NCBI GenBank assembly: GCA_965223155.1
Contig: CBDCVR010000014.1
Span: 320,001 to 384,000 of the forward strand
Direction: 5' to 3'
Length of the DNA stretch: 64,000 bases
Source of the DNA: Candidatus Multivoradales bacterium
Lineage (GTDB): Bacteria; Acidobacteriota; Thermoanaerobaculia; Multivoradales; JAHEKO01
How positions within the stretch are numbered: position 1 is the first letter of the stretch; the number at the start of each line of letters is the position of its first letter. Below are positions 30,416-39,837 of this stretch, one piece after another. Position numbers and translations under genes: made by a program. The notes beneath the pieces were generated by a model. It saw only the letters and a program-made list of their open reading frames with translations, had not been told where the DNA came from and did no database searches.

Positions 30416-32817
30416 CGCACCGACCGGGCATCTCGGCTCTCGTCTCCGCCGAGCGCCGAGCGCACGTGCTCGAAGAACTTCCGGACGCTCAGAACAGCCA
30501 GTCCGACGAAGCTCTCGGCGTCGAAGTAGCGGCGCAGATAGGCGGGGAACCGAATGGCGTTGACAACGCCGGATCGGTCTCGATGCCGCCTCAGATAGCG
30601 CCACAGGATCGTTAGAAGCCGTAGCCGGCTGCGCCGCTCGTGAAACTCGACTCGTTCGAACAACGACGCCCGCCGGCGGCCAGGAAGCGCCTCGGCCGGC
30701 AAGCTGACCTCGAGAGCCTCCTTCAGGAACGTCAGCGTCTCGTCCAACACCAGGCTGAGCCGCGCTTCGGACCCGAGCTTCGCCAGCCGCTGCCAATCGA
30801 TAGCGTGGCTCCGAACCAGGAGCGCGGCGTCGAGCGGCCAGCGGAAGCTCGGCGCCTCGATGTCGGCGACGCCGTGAATCAGCGTTTGGAATAGATGATC
30901 GGTAGCGCACAGCGTGCGCGTCTCGATAACCCCGAACGCCAGCGGCACCGAGCCGTCCCAAAACCAGCGATCCGATGCCGAGCCTTGGTGATCCACCAGC
31001 AGATTCCAGTGCAAGTCGAGCTCGAGCCCCTCTCGGAAGCGAAGAATGGTCGAATGCTTGACCTCCACGTCCCGGTTCAGCGTCTCGGTCGTCTGCCAGC
31101 CGCCGGCCTCGAGCGCGGCCACCGCACGGCAGCGGTCGGGCCAACGCACCAGGAGATCGACATCGGCCATCGGCCGGCAGGCGGGCTCCGGATACGCCAG
31201 CCGGGCCAGGGCGCCACCCTTGTGCACCAGCGCGTCGAGCCCCGCACCACCCAGGCAGTCGAGCGCTTCGGTCAGGTGGCGCTCGTGGATCCGAGCCTGC
31301 ATCCAGCTTCTTCGGTAGGCCGCCTTGGCCGGCTCCGCAAGCAGCCCGCCTGAGCTCGTTTCGAGCCCGACCCCGATGTCCTCGAGCTGCCGGTAGAGGA
31401 ACGGTAGGAGCTGGACTGAGCGCCCATCCAAGGCAATCCCGTCGAGCGCCCGCAGTCGCTCGGCAAGCTCCCCAGCACTCTCGGCCAGGCATGCTCGCAA
31501 GAGCCGCTGGTGGCGCTTGTCGGGCAGGTGCCGCGCCCACGCACAGGCGGCGCCGACGGGCCGGGCGGAAGGATTGGGTGCAACGGCTCCGACCGGCGCT
31601 CCAGGCGCGCCCGGAGCAATCGACCGTGGCCTCTGACCCCGTGCGGCCAACCACCGGCCCAAGCGCCGCCTCCACTGAGACCAGGCGCGACCCCACGATC
31701 CGAAGCCGGCGGGTTCTAGGCCACCCGGCGAACCGCCGGCCGCATCGATCTCGGAATCACCCCCGTACGCCTCCTCGAGAAACTGCCGGCTCGGGAAGCC
31801 GATCCACCACGCCCGCCGCGTGCCCGCAAGCCAGCCCGGAGCCGACCCGAGAAGGCCGGCGATTCCCGGCGGCTCGCTCACCCGCACCTCGCGCCACAGC
31901 TGCTCGAAGTCCCGGCGGGACGTCCGCGCGGCCGTATCCGAGGCGGCCAAAACCGCTTCGGGAACCCCCAGTTCCAACGAGCCTCCTAGGAACCGGAGCA
32001 CCGGGCTCCAGCGCATCGACACGGCGCTCGCTTCTTGAAGCTCCCGCAACCGGTTCCAGGCGAAGTCACTCCGGCGACCCAGAAACACCAGATCGGGCAC
32101 CCACAGCAACGAGTGTCGCGCGGCTCCCAGCGCCGCGGCAAGGAGGCGCTCAAAGAAGGCGTCCGCAGGTGCCGGCGTCAACGCCTCGACGCCTCCCCAG
32201 GCCCCACGAACCGCCGATACCAGCATCGCTTCGAAGGCGGCGGCATCGTTTGCAACCGAGCTCGGCATGACGCTGGGCGAGCTGGCGAGAACGACCGAAA
32301 AGCCCGAGGAATGCTCGAAGGACACCGGCCCACGGCCGCCCTGCCGGCGCCGCGGTTCGAAATCCTGAACGGCAAGGACGGCAGCGGCGGCACCGAGCTC
32401 GGCCTCCCGCACGATCAGCCGGGGCCTGGGGGAATGGCGGGCGCCCGGGTGAGGCCAGGCGGCCTCGGCCAGAAGCGGACCGTCCGACCAGATCACCTCG
32501 AGCCCGGCGGCCGCGAGCCCTCCGGCCAGGCGCCGGCAAAAACCAAGCGATGTACGGTGACGCAGCTCCTCGCGCACCAGGGCGGTCCGGACGACCGTCC
32601 GTAGCATTGGGTCGGCGGCGAAGCCCACATCTTCGAGACGCAAGGCAATCAGCGGCAGCAGGGCTCGATGCCGGTCGGTCGCCTCGACCCGAACCAGGGC
32701 CAGGGGATCCCGAACCCGCTCCCGCCAGGCGCTCCATGAATCCCTGGCCGCATCGCCCTCGAGCAGGAGCGCACGCAGCAGATGCTTCGAAGGACTTTCG
32801 GGCAGCAAGCTCCCCAC
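30412..32817 (-). CDS. tandem nucleotidyltransferase (two NTP_transf_5-like domains)
   Basis: C-terminal domain has HKGGALA...YPEPACRPMADVDLLV and ELDLHW; the N-terminal domain has the same layout with degenerate motifs. Confidence 0.8.
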   Translation of the reverse strand: MGSLLPESPSKHLLRALLLEGDAARDSWSAWRERVRDPLALVRVEATDRHRALLPLIALRLEDVGFAADPMLRTVVRTALVREELRHRTSLGFCRRLAGGLAAAGLEVIWSDGPLLAEAAWPHPGARHSPRPRLIVREAELGAAAAVLAVQDFEPRRRQGGRGPVSFEHSSGFSVVLASSPSVMPSSVANDAAAFEAMLVSAVRGAWGGVEALTPAPADAFFERLLAAALGAARHSLLWVPDLVFLGRRSDFAWNRLRELQEASAVSMRWSPVLRFLGGSLELGVPEAVLAASDTAARTSRRDFEQLWREVRVSEPPGIAGLLGSAPGWLAGTRRAWWIGFPSRQFLEEAYGGDSEIDAAGGSPGGLEPAGFGSWGRAWSQWRRRLGRWLAARGQRPRSIAPGAPGAPVGAVAPNPSARPVGAACAWARHLPDKRHQRLLRACLAESAGELAERLRALDGIALDGRSVQLLPFLYRQLEDIGVGLETSSGGLLAEPAKAAYRRSWMQARIHERHLTEALDCLGGAGLDALVHKGGALARLAYPEPACRPMADVDLLVRWPDRCRAVAALEAGGWQTTETLNRDVEVKHSTILRFREGLELDLHWNLLVDHQGSASDRWFWDGSVPLAFGVIETRTLCATDHLFQTLIHGVADIEAPSFRWPLDAALLVRSHAIDWQRLAKLGSEARLSLVLDETLTFLKEALEVSLPAEALPGRRRASLFERVEFHERRSRLRLLTILWRYLRRHRDRSGVVNAIRFPAYLRRYFDAESFVGLAVLSVRKFFEHVRSALGGDESRDARSVR

Positions 32818-32831
32818 CCTCCGCTCCCGAC

Positions 32832-33515
32832 TCAGCCGCTCCGCGAGCCGCGCTTCGCATCGAGCCGGATCTTGATCAAGTCGAAGAGGCTCCGCGCGGG
32901 CAGCTCGGTGCGGCTGTGGTTGCCAGGGTGAAAGCGCCGGCGCATCAAGACATCTTCTAGGAACTCGATCTTGACGCCCTCGGCCGCGGCCCGGGCGAAC
33001 CAGCCGGTGTCGCTGCCGGCGGCGGCGAACCCGCCCACCCGATCGAACACCTCCCGGCGCGCCAGCAGAGTGGGCACCACGTAGCCGGCCATGGGCTCGG
33101 CCAGCGGGTGACCCCGGTAGCGCGCTTCCTCGGTGGCCAGCTCGGGCTCCCAGAAGTTGACGAAGCGGGTCACGCAAAGGTCGAGCACGGGATCGGCTGC
33201 AAAGACCTCGAGCTGTCGCTCCAGTTTGCCCGGCAGCCAGAGATCGTCGGCATCGAGATATGCGATGAAGGACCCGCGAGCGGCCGCCAGGGCCGCGTCA
33301 CGAGCTCGCGTGTAGCCCTGGTGGAGCGTCCGGACCAAACGGACGCGATCGCCGTAGCGCTCGGCGACGGCGGCGGTGCCGTCGGTCGAACCGTCGTCCA
33401 CGACCACGATTTCGGCCGCCGGCGCGGTCTGCGCCAGGACACTGTCGATGGCGGCTCCTAGGTACCGCTCGACGTTGTAGGCGGGGATAAGACAACTGAT
33501 TCCGTCTGCCATCAC
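32832..33515 (-). CDS. glycosyltransferase family 2
   Basis: ISCLIPAYN, VVDDGSTD, YLDADDLW. Confidence 0.93.
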   Translation of the reverse strand: MMADGISCLIPAYNVERYLGAAIDSVLAQTAPAAEIVVVDDGSTDGTAAVAERYGDRVRLVRTLHQGYTRARDAALAAARGSFIAYLDADDLWLPGKLERQLEVFAADPVLDLCVTRFVNFWEPELATEEARYRGHPLAEPMAGYVVPTLLARREVFDRVGGFAAAGSDTGWFARAAAEGVKIEFLEDVLMRRRFHPGNHSRTELPARSLFDLIKIRLDAKRGSRSG

Positions 33516-34225
33516 GACTCCGGCCCGCCGGTCGCCTCCTTCCGGCGACGATCCAGCCGCGCCTTGAGCAGGGTCAGGTACTCATCGAGGCTCTCCCCGC
33601 GCTGGCTTTGGCTTATGTTCTCGCCGTGGAGACGCCTGTGCACCAGAACCTCCTCGATCTCTGCTCCCCGCGCACCGGCATCGCGCGCCCGCAGGAACCA
33701 GGAGGTCTTGGCGGCGTGGCGCAGCTCAGGCTCGAACAGGCCAACCCGGTCGAAGGCCCGCCGCCGCGCAAGCAACGTCTGGACCCCATAGCCTCTCTGC
33801 GGCGCGAGCAGCTTCGCATCCAGCAGACAGTCGGCGGTTGCGCGGTCGGGCGAGATGAAGTTGCGAAGTCCTGTAACACAGTAGTCGAGATCCGGGTCGG
33901 CGGCGAAGCACTCCAACTGCCGCTCCAGCTTCGGCTCGAACCAGAGATCGTCGGCGTCCAGGAATCCCAGGAAGTCGCCGCTGGAAGCCTCGATTCCGCG
34001 GTTCAACGCGGCCGGATGTCCCCGGTTCTCTTGGCGCACCACGGTTACGGGACCGGCATCGCGGTAGCCCTCCGCCACCGCCGCCGAACCGTCGGTCGAG
34101 CCGTCATCAACGACGATCACCTCGTGCGGCGACACGGTCTGCGCCAGCGCGCTCTCGATCGTTTCGCCGAGGTACACTTCGCCGTTCCACACCGGGATGA
34201 TCACGCTGACACGGAAATCGGTCAT
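33512..34225 (-). CDS. glycosyltransferase family 2
   Basis: VSVIIPVWN, VVDDGSTD, FLDADDLW; paralogue of the adjacent GT2. Confidence 0.93.
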   Translation of the reverse strand: MTDFRVSVIIPVWNGEVYLGETIESALAQTVSPHEVIVVDDGSTDGSAAVAEGYRDAGPVTVVRQENRGHPAALNRGIEASSGDFLGFLDADDLWFEPKLERQLECFAADPDLDYCVTGLRNFISPDRATADCLLDAKLLAPQRGYGVQTLLARRRAFDRVGLFEPELRHAAKTSWFLRARDAGARGAEIEEVLVHRRLHGENISQSQRGESLDEYLTLLKARLDRRRKEATGGPES

Positions 34226-34294
34226 GACGCTGCAACTCAGCCGAGCATCCTACCGAAGCCGACCGGGCAGCCCTCGGATCTTGCAGCCCCCGCC

Positions 34295-35413
34295 ATGCGA
34301 ATCCTGATCTGGACCGGCGCGTTTCCGCCCAGCCGTGGCGGTGTCGAGGCGATCACCTCGGGCCTGGCGGCGAGCCTCATCGAACTCGGCGACGAAATCG
34401 CGATCGTGACCGACGGCTCCGGCTCCCCCCCGGACTCCGGAGATCCCGGGGCGAGCCCCGCCTACCCGGTCCATCGTTTGCCATTCCACGAAGCGCTCTC
34501 GGTGCGGGATCCGGGCCGAATTCAGGATCTCACGCGCCGGGTGCGGGCGATCAAGGCGCGATTCAGGCCCGACCTCGTCCACGTCCACGCCATCCATCCA
34601 TCGCTTTTCTGGCACCAGCGGACGCGGACGGACGGACGCCCAACCCTGCTGACGATGCACGGGCTGGGACGAGTCGAGTTTCGGCCCGGGACTTTGGCCC
34701 GCCGGACGCTCCAGAGTTCGAACTGGGTGACCGGTTGCAGCCGCCGGGTGCTCGAACGGCTGCGTGAGATCGAGCCGGCAATCGCGGACCGCAGCTCGTG
34801 CGTCTACAACGGCTGCCGCCTACCCGCGGCGAAGCCCGAACCGCCATCCTTCGATCGGCCCCTCCTTCTCGCCATCGGACGTCTGGTCCCGAGCAAGGGA
34901 CACCGGCTCGCCATCGAGGCCTTCGAGCTCCTCGCCCGCCGGCATCCCGCGGCCCGTTTGGCGATCGTCGGCGGCGGCCCGCTAGAGGCCGCGCTCGAGT
35001 CCCGCGTCTCCGAATCGCCCGCGGCCGAGCGCATCCGATTCGTCGGCCCGGTGCCGCCGGACGCGGCCGCGGCCTGGCTCGCACGCGCTGCGGTCGTGCT
35101 CCTGCCGTCGCGCCGTCCGGAAGGGCTGCCGCTTCTTTCCATCGAGGCCGCCCTGGCCGCTCGCCCGGTGGTGGCCTCCGCCGTTGACGGGCTGACCGAG
35201 GCCGTCGTCGACGGAGAAACCGGTATCCTCGTCCCCGCGCGCGATGCTGGGGCCTTGGCCGCCGGAGTCGAGCGTTTGCTGGCGGATCCCGACGGAGCAC
35301 GCGGCCTAGGCGAAGCCGCAAGAAGGCGCGCCTTGAAGCTTTTCGACTGGGACCTCCAAGTCGAACGCTACCGCGACCTGTACCGAAGACTCTCCAGGAG
35401 ACCTCTTTCATGA
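34295..35413 (+). CDS. glycosyltransferase family 4
   Basis: MRILIWTGAFPPSRGGVE, IGRLVPSKG, EGLPLLSIEA. Confidence 0.92.
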   Translation: MRILIWTGAFPPSRGGVEAITSGLAASLIELGDEIAIVTDGSGSPPDSGDPGASPAYPVHRLPFHEALSVRDPGRIQDLTRRVRAIKARFRPDLVHVHAIHPSLFWHQRTRTDGRPTLLTMHGLGRVEFRPGTLARRTLQSSNWVTGCSRRVLERLREIEPAIADRSSCVYNGCRLPAAKPEPPSFDRPLLLAIGRLVPSKGHRLAIEAFELLARRHPAARLAIVGGGPLEAALESRVSESPAAERIRFVGPVPPDAAAAWLARAAVVLLPSRRPEGLPLLSIEAALAARPVVASAVDGLTEAVVDGETGILVPARDAGALAAGVERLLADPDGARGLGEAARRRALKLFDWDLQVERYRDLYRRLSRRPLS

Positions 35414-35850
35414 ACCAGACCGAACGACGCCTTTGCCCGAACGAGCCGCCCATCGCCTCCAAGGTCCTGGACGGCGAGGCCATCTTGATCAACCTCGACA
35501 CTGGGGCGTACTACAGCCTCACCGGCTCGGGCGCGGTCGTCTGGGAGGCCGTGACCGGCCACCGGACCCGAACCGAAATCCACGACCATGTCGCCGCCGC
35601 CTACGACCGGGAAGTCGAGGCCATCGCAGCCGACGTTGATGCCTTCCTGGACCGACTCGAGGGCGAAGAGCTCATCCGCCACTCGCCCGAGAACGCCCCC
35701 GTGGCTGCCGGAACGGAGCCAAGCGACGCCGGTGAGTACCGGGCGCCCGAGCTCGAGAAGTTCACCGACATGGAAGAGCTCCTCGCCCTCGATCCCCCCA
35801 CGCCGGGCGCTCTCGACAACTTGATGCGACAGCCGCTTGGCGACGACTAA
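35410..35850 (+). CDS. PqqD/RRE family protein with C-terminal leader-like extension
   Basis: LDGEAILINLDTGAYYSLTGSGAVVWE...DVDAFLDRLEGEELI (RRE pattern), then YRAPELEKFTDMEELLALDPP. Confidence 0.88.
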   Translation: MNQTERRLCPNEPPIASKVLDGEAILINLDTGAYYSLTGSGAVVWEAVTGHRTRTEIHDHVAAAYDREVEAIAADVDAFLDRLEGEELIRHSPENAPVAAGTEPSDAGEYRAPELEKFTDMEELLALDPPTPGALDNLMRQPLGDD

Positions 35851-36880
35851 TCGAACCGATCCGGTCGCGGCGAGCTTCGAGGAAGCTGCGCGCCGGTTCG
35901 CGCTTGCCACCGAGGCGGAGCCGCCGACCGCCGCCGACTACGACCTCGCCGGACAGCACGTGGCGGTGCGGACGGTGGGCCACGAGCTGGGACGGGAGCT
36001 CGCCCAACCGCTCGGCCACCTGACCGCCCACCGCACAAAGACACCCGCGCTCGAGATCGACCTCTGGCTCGGCTCGGAAACCGGAATCGGCTGGCCGGAG
36101 CTCGCCGACGAGCTCGACCCCGCCGACCGGTTCCCGCTTCGCACCTCGGCCGACGATCGTTTCGTCGTGCACCGCCAGATCGAGACGGCCGTCTGGCTGG
36201 ACCGCCAGGAAGGCCGCATGGTGGGCGCCGTTCGCGATCTTGCGGGTAGATCTCTCTATGAGCGTGGCCGGCCCCTGGAAACGCCGCTCACGGTCTGGAT
36301 GCGCGACCAGAACGTTCAGGTCGCCCACGCCGCTTGCGTCGCCCTCGAAGGCCGCGGAGCCCTCCTCCTGGGAGCGAGCGGCTCCGGCAAATCGACCCTG
36401 GCCGCCCGCTGCCTGGCGGCGGGGTTCGAGTTTCTGAGCGACGACAAGGTCGCTCTCACCGGCGATGCCGCGACCGGATTCACCGGGCACAGCCTCAACA
36501 ACTCCCTCCATCTCTCGGCCGATTCGATCGACCTGGTGCCCGAGCTGGCGGCCAGCGCCGTAGCCCCAGCCACGAAGCTGGACGACAAGTTTCGGGTCCC
36601 TCTCGCGGAGAGCCGGTGGGCACGCCGGCTCCGCGCCCACGCCGCCATCACCGTCCTGGTGCTGCCGCGGCTCGAGGCCGCGCCTGCAACTGGACGGGCA
36701 AGCCCGCGCGAGGCTCTGCTCGCCCTGTCGCTCAGTACCCTGCTCTCGCTTCCGGTTCGGCGAGCGACCAGCCTCGACCGGCTGGCCGAAGCCGTCCGAG
36801 CCCTGCCGGCGCTTCATCTCGACGCCCGGGACGACGCCGCGCCCGAGCGGCTGCGCGAGATTCTGCGCAGCGGAGTCTAG
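35837..36880 (+). CDS. HPr kinase-related P-loop kinase
   Basis: HAACV...LLLGASGSGKST...FLSDD; start overlaps the PqqD gene. Confidence 0.85.
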   Translation: MATTNRTDPVAASFEEAARRFALATEAEPPTAADYDLAGQHVAVRTVGHELGRELAQPLGHLTAHRTKTPALEIDLWLGSETGIGWPELADELDPADRFPLRTSADDRFVVHRQIETAVWLDRQEGRMVGAVRDLAGRSLYERGRPLETPLTVWMRDQNVQVAHAACVALEGRGALLLGASGSGKSTLAARCLAAGFEFLSDDKVALTGDAATGFTGHSLNNSLHLSADSIDLVPELAASAVAPATKLDDKFRVPLAESRWARRLRAHAAITVLVLPRLEAAPATGRASPREALLALSLSTLLSLPVRRATSLDRLAEAVRALPALHLDARDDAAPERLREILRSGV

Positions 36881-36908
36881 ACCCGAATCGCCCTCGATCG
36901 GACGGCGC

Positions 36909-38006
36909 TCAGGAGCCCGGCCCGCGTCCTAGGAGCCGGTTGCCGATCCGCCGGGCCGGGAAGGTCACCGCCGTCCACGGATAGCGCGCGGCGATCTTGA
37001 CCGCCGACCCCCACCACGGCCATCGCGAGAGGCCTTCGAGCCGGGCTGCGCGCAGGCCGCGGCGCACGAAAAAGTAGCGCCGATGCGGTCGGCGCCCGAG
37101 ATCCTCCACGAGTCCCGAGAACCAGGGCCTGCGAGGCGGCCGCCAGCCGGCCCATTCCGTCTCTTCCAGAAGACGAAAGAATTCCGGAGTGAAATCGTCC
37201 GGGCACTTGGGCATCCAGGGTTTCTCGACCCCGGCGAAATGGGCGACAGACGGCCTGGCAAGCGCCGCCTCGAACTCGTCGGCATCGAAGCAGGTCGAGC
37301 GGTGCGAGGGGATCTCCTGCACGTGGGTCATGCGATTCCAGACCAGAGGCAATGGCGTCCAGCGCCCGGCCAGTGCACAGTTGAGTCCCTGCTGGTCGGG
37401 CGACCAGAACTGCCGGCGGTAGCGAACCGCGAAGTCGATCGCCCGCCCGCAGACGTCCTCGGCGCGCCAGCGGTCTAGTGGAATCAACATGAGCCCCGAG
37501 TTGAAGACCGGCAGCGGCCGCGAAGCGTCGATCTCGGGAGGCACGAAGTGGTGGTGCAGATGATGCACCATCGTGTCCTGCACCGCCGCCACCAAACCGT
37601 CCGCAAAGTCCATCGACCACAGCGGCTCGAGGTCGGCCAGAACGATCATGTCCGCGTCCAGGAACAGGACCTTCGCCAGATCCCCTGGCAGCAAGCGATC
37701 CAGGACCAGGGGGACACAACTCGCCAGCGGAAACGAGTACTCGGCCAGGCCCAGGGCGGCCAGCCGCTCACGGTTCAGCCGATGCCAGACCACGGCAACG
37801 CCGTCGCCACGCCAGGAGCGCGTCAGCCGTTCCCGGGTCGCGGTCTCGAGTCCGGCGTCGATGGCATGAAACTCGAGCGGCCGCTTCGGGCCCCGATGCT
37901 CGATCACCGAAACGCCGAGCGCCGCCAGACCGATGGCGAAGCGCTCGTCGGCGCCCGCCACCACCACCATCGGCTCATTCGAGGAGCCGCTCGTCTCGCC
38001 GGTCAC
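36909..38006 (-). CDS. glycosyltransferase family 8
   Basis: KVLFLDADM, FNSGLMLI, DQQGLN, HFAGVEKPW. Confidence 0.9.
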   Translation of the reverse strand: MTGETSGSSNEPMVVVAGADERFAIGLAALGVSVIEHRGPKRPLEFHAIDAGLETATRERLTRSWRGDGVAVVWHRLNRERLAALGLAEYSFPLASCVPLVLDRLLPGDLAKVLFLDADMIVLADLEPLWSMDFADGLVAAVQDTMVHHLHHHFVPPEIDASRPLPVFNSGLMLIPLDRWRAEDVCGRAIDFAVRYRRQFWSPDQQGLNCALAGRWTPLPLVWNRMTHVQEIPSHRSTCFDADEFEAALARPSVAHFAGVEKPWMPKCPDDFTPEFFRLLEETEWAGWRPPRRPWFSGLVEDLGRRPHRRYFFVRRGLRAARLEGLSRWPWWGSAVKIAARYPWTAVTFPARRIGNRLLGRGPGS

Positions 38007-38941
38007 GTCTCGAGCCAGTGCCCGAGGTCGCGGCCGGTGATCGCCTCGACCCGGCGAACGTCGTCCGCGAACCGATCGTTGAGCCGGCGCCGGGTCTCCG
38101 GGCGCATCGTAGGCGGCTTGACCCAATTGAGCCGTCGGTTGACTGCCATCGCCGCCTCCCAGAGACGGCGCGACGACCCTCCGGGCAGCAACCTCTTGAG
38201 CGCCGAGCGCGTCGGACTGGGAGTGGTCAGCCAGTTCTCGGCCGCGGGCAGCCGGGTGATGCGGGCCCGATTGTGGCGCTCGCCCACGTCCACTTCGAAA
38301 TCGTCCCGAACCCCGAGGAATCGAAAGAGCTCGACCAGAAACGACGCCGGATCTCGCGCGAGGTCTTCGAAGAAGAGAACCTTGAGGCGTGCGGGCTCGA
38401 ACAGGCGCAGATACCGCTCGAGCTGCTTCGCGTACAGCCCCTTCTGAACGTAGTGATACTGCTGACCCCAGTTCTCGGCAATCCGCCGCGGCTCGGCCGT
38501 CAAAGCCTCTTCGAAGCTCAAGGTCTCCTTGCCGCCTCTCAAGTTCATCAGATAGGCCGAGTAGGCGCGATCCGCCGGCTGGCGCAAGATCGCCACCAGC
38601 AGAGCCTCGCTGGCGTATCGCGCGATCTTCTCGGCCGCCCATTCGTCGTACAGGTACAACGTCGTCGCTTCACCGGCGACCTTCTCGTCGGTGCGTCCGG
38701 CGAAAAGCGCTCGGTACTGCTCGAAAGTGCGGATACCGTCCGGGCGCCTCGTGGCTTCCAGCGGTCCCCCCCATCGCTCCCGTCCATCCACGAGGGCGAA
38801 AAACGCCGGCTCCTTGCGGGGCGACATATACACCTCAGGGTGCTGGCGCAGGTAATGGTACACCGAGGTCGTGCCCGCTTTCATGGCACCCAGAATCAAG
38901 AAGTCGGGCATCGCCCCGGAGCCGCTCCGCACGGTGAGCAT
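38003..38941 (-). CDS. PAPS-dependent sulfotransferase
   Basis: PDFLILGAMKAGTTS (5'-PSB), LRQPADRAYSAY (3'-PB). Confidence 0.92.
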   Translation of the reverse strand: MLTVRSGSGAMPDFLILGAMKAGTTSVYHYLRQHPEVYMSPRKEPAFFALVDGRERWGGPLEATRRPDGIRTFEQYRALFAGRTDEKVAGEATTLYLYDEWAAEKIARYASEALLVAILRQPADRAYSAYLMNLRGGKETLSFEEALTAEPRRIAENWGQQYHYVQKGLYAKQLERYLRLFEPARLKVLFFEDLARDPASFLVELFRFLGVRDDFEVDVGERHNRARITRLPAAENWLTTPSPTRSALKRLLPGGSSRRLWEAAMAVNRRLNWVKPPTMRPETRRRLNDRFADDVRRVEAITGRDLGHWLET

Positions 38942-39005
38942 AATACTCCGCAGGCTCCGGCGCCTCGGCCCTTGCTATCCTGGCCTCGGGAGGACACCGC
39001 ATTCG

Positions 39006-39725
39006 ATGCGAAATCTAGGTCTGGTCGGTCTGGCTCTTCTTCTCGCTCTGTCTTCGTTCGCCCCGGCGGCCGAGGCGGCGCGGATCCCCGATTGCCTCGA
39101 CAATCCCGGCGTACCCGATCGGCTGGGTTTCACGCACCGAGTACCGATTCGCATTGGCGGCACATTCTGGTACTTCGCGGATCCGGGACTCCAGCTCTCC
39201 TCGACGCCGGACAACGTCGGCCAGCCGCAGGACATCCCCGGTCACTGCTGGTCGGTCTCGGCCCCGCTGGGCCGGTATCCACGCTTCTTCGGGCACCACT
39301 ACAACACCGGTCCGCTGGGAGCCGGGGCGCCCGGCCGGTTCTGGTCCAGCAATGCCCCGGATCACTCCCTGCTCTTTCTGGTCGACATCATCATCTCGCG
39401 CTGGACGCCCAAGCTCGCCCTCGAGCGCTTCAATGACGGCTACGTCCACTACCACGAGCTGGTGCGCGAGGGCGACGGCTGCGTCCATCCCCGACTCGTG
39501 GCCTGGTTCAAGCACACGGCCATCGAGAGCTTCTCGTTCGACGGCGGACCACCGCCGGTACTCCCGGACGGCACGTACTTCCGGCCGCGCAACGTCCCGT
39601 TCAAAGCCCGACCCGGTGTCGCCCACGGCTTCATGGTCAACTACGACGTGCCCTACAAGCCGCAGCAGCAGCGCATCGGCCGCGAAGCGTTTCCGGTCGA
39701 AGTCTGCAAGCTGAGCCGCAAGTAG
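39006..39725 (+). CDS. secreted hypothetical protein with His motifs
   Basis: Signal peptide MRNLGLVGLALLLALSSFAPAAEA; PGHCW, GHHYNTG, YVHYHEL, WFKHTA. Confidence 0.7.
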   Translation: MRNLGLVGLALLLALSSFAPAAEAARIPDCLDNPGVPDRLGFTHRVPIRIGGTFWYFADPGLQLSSTPDNVGQPQDIPGHCWSVSAPLGRYPRFFGHHYNTGPLGAGAPGRFWSSNAPDHSLLFLVDIIISRWTPKLALERFNDGYVHYHELVREGDGCVHPRLVAWFKHTAIESFSFDGGPPPVLPDGTYFRPRNVPFKARPGVAHGFMVNYDVPYKPQQQRIGREAFPVEVCKLSRK

Positions 39726-39837
39726 GCATCGTCGAATTCGGTGACAGATGAGATGAGTCGGTCGGTCTCCAGCTGGGACACTGTGCCAGTTGGAGATAAC
39801 CAAGAATCGGCATCAGAGCCGAGAAAGGAGACCGACC

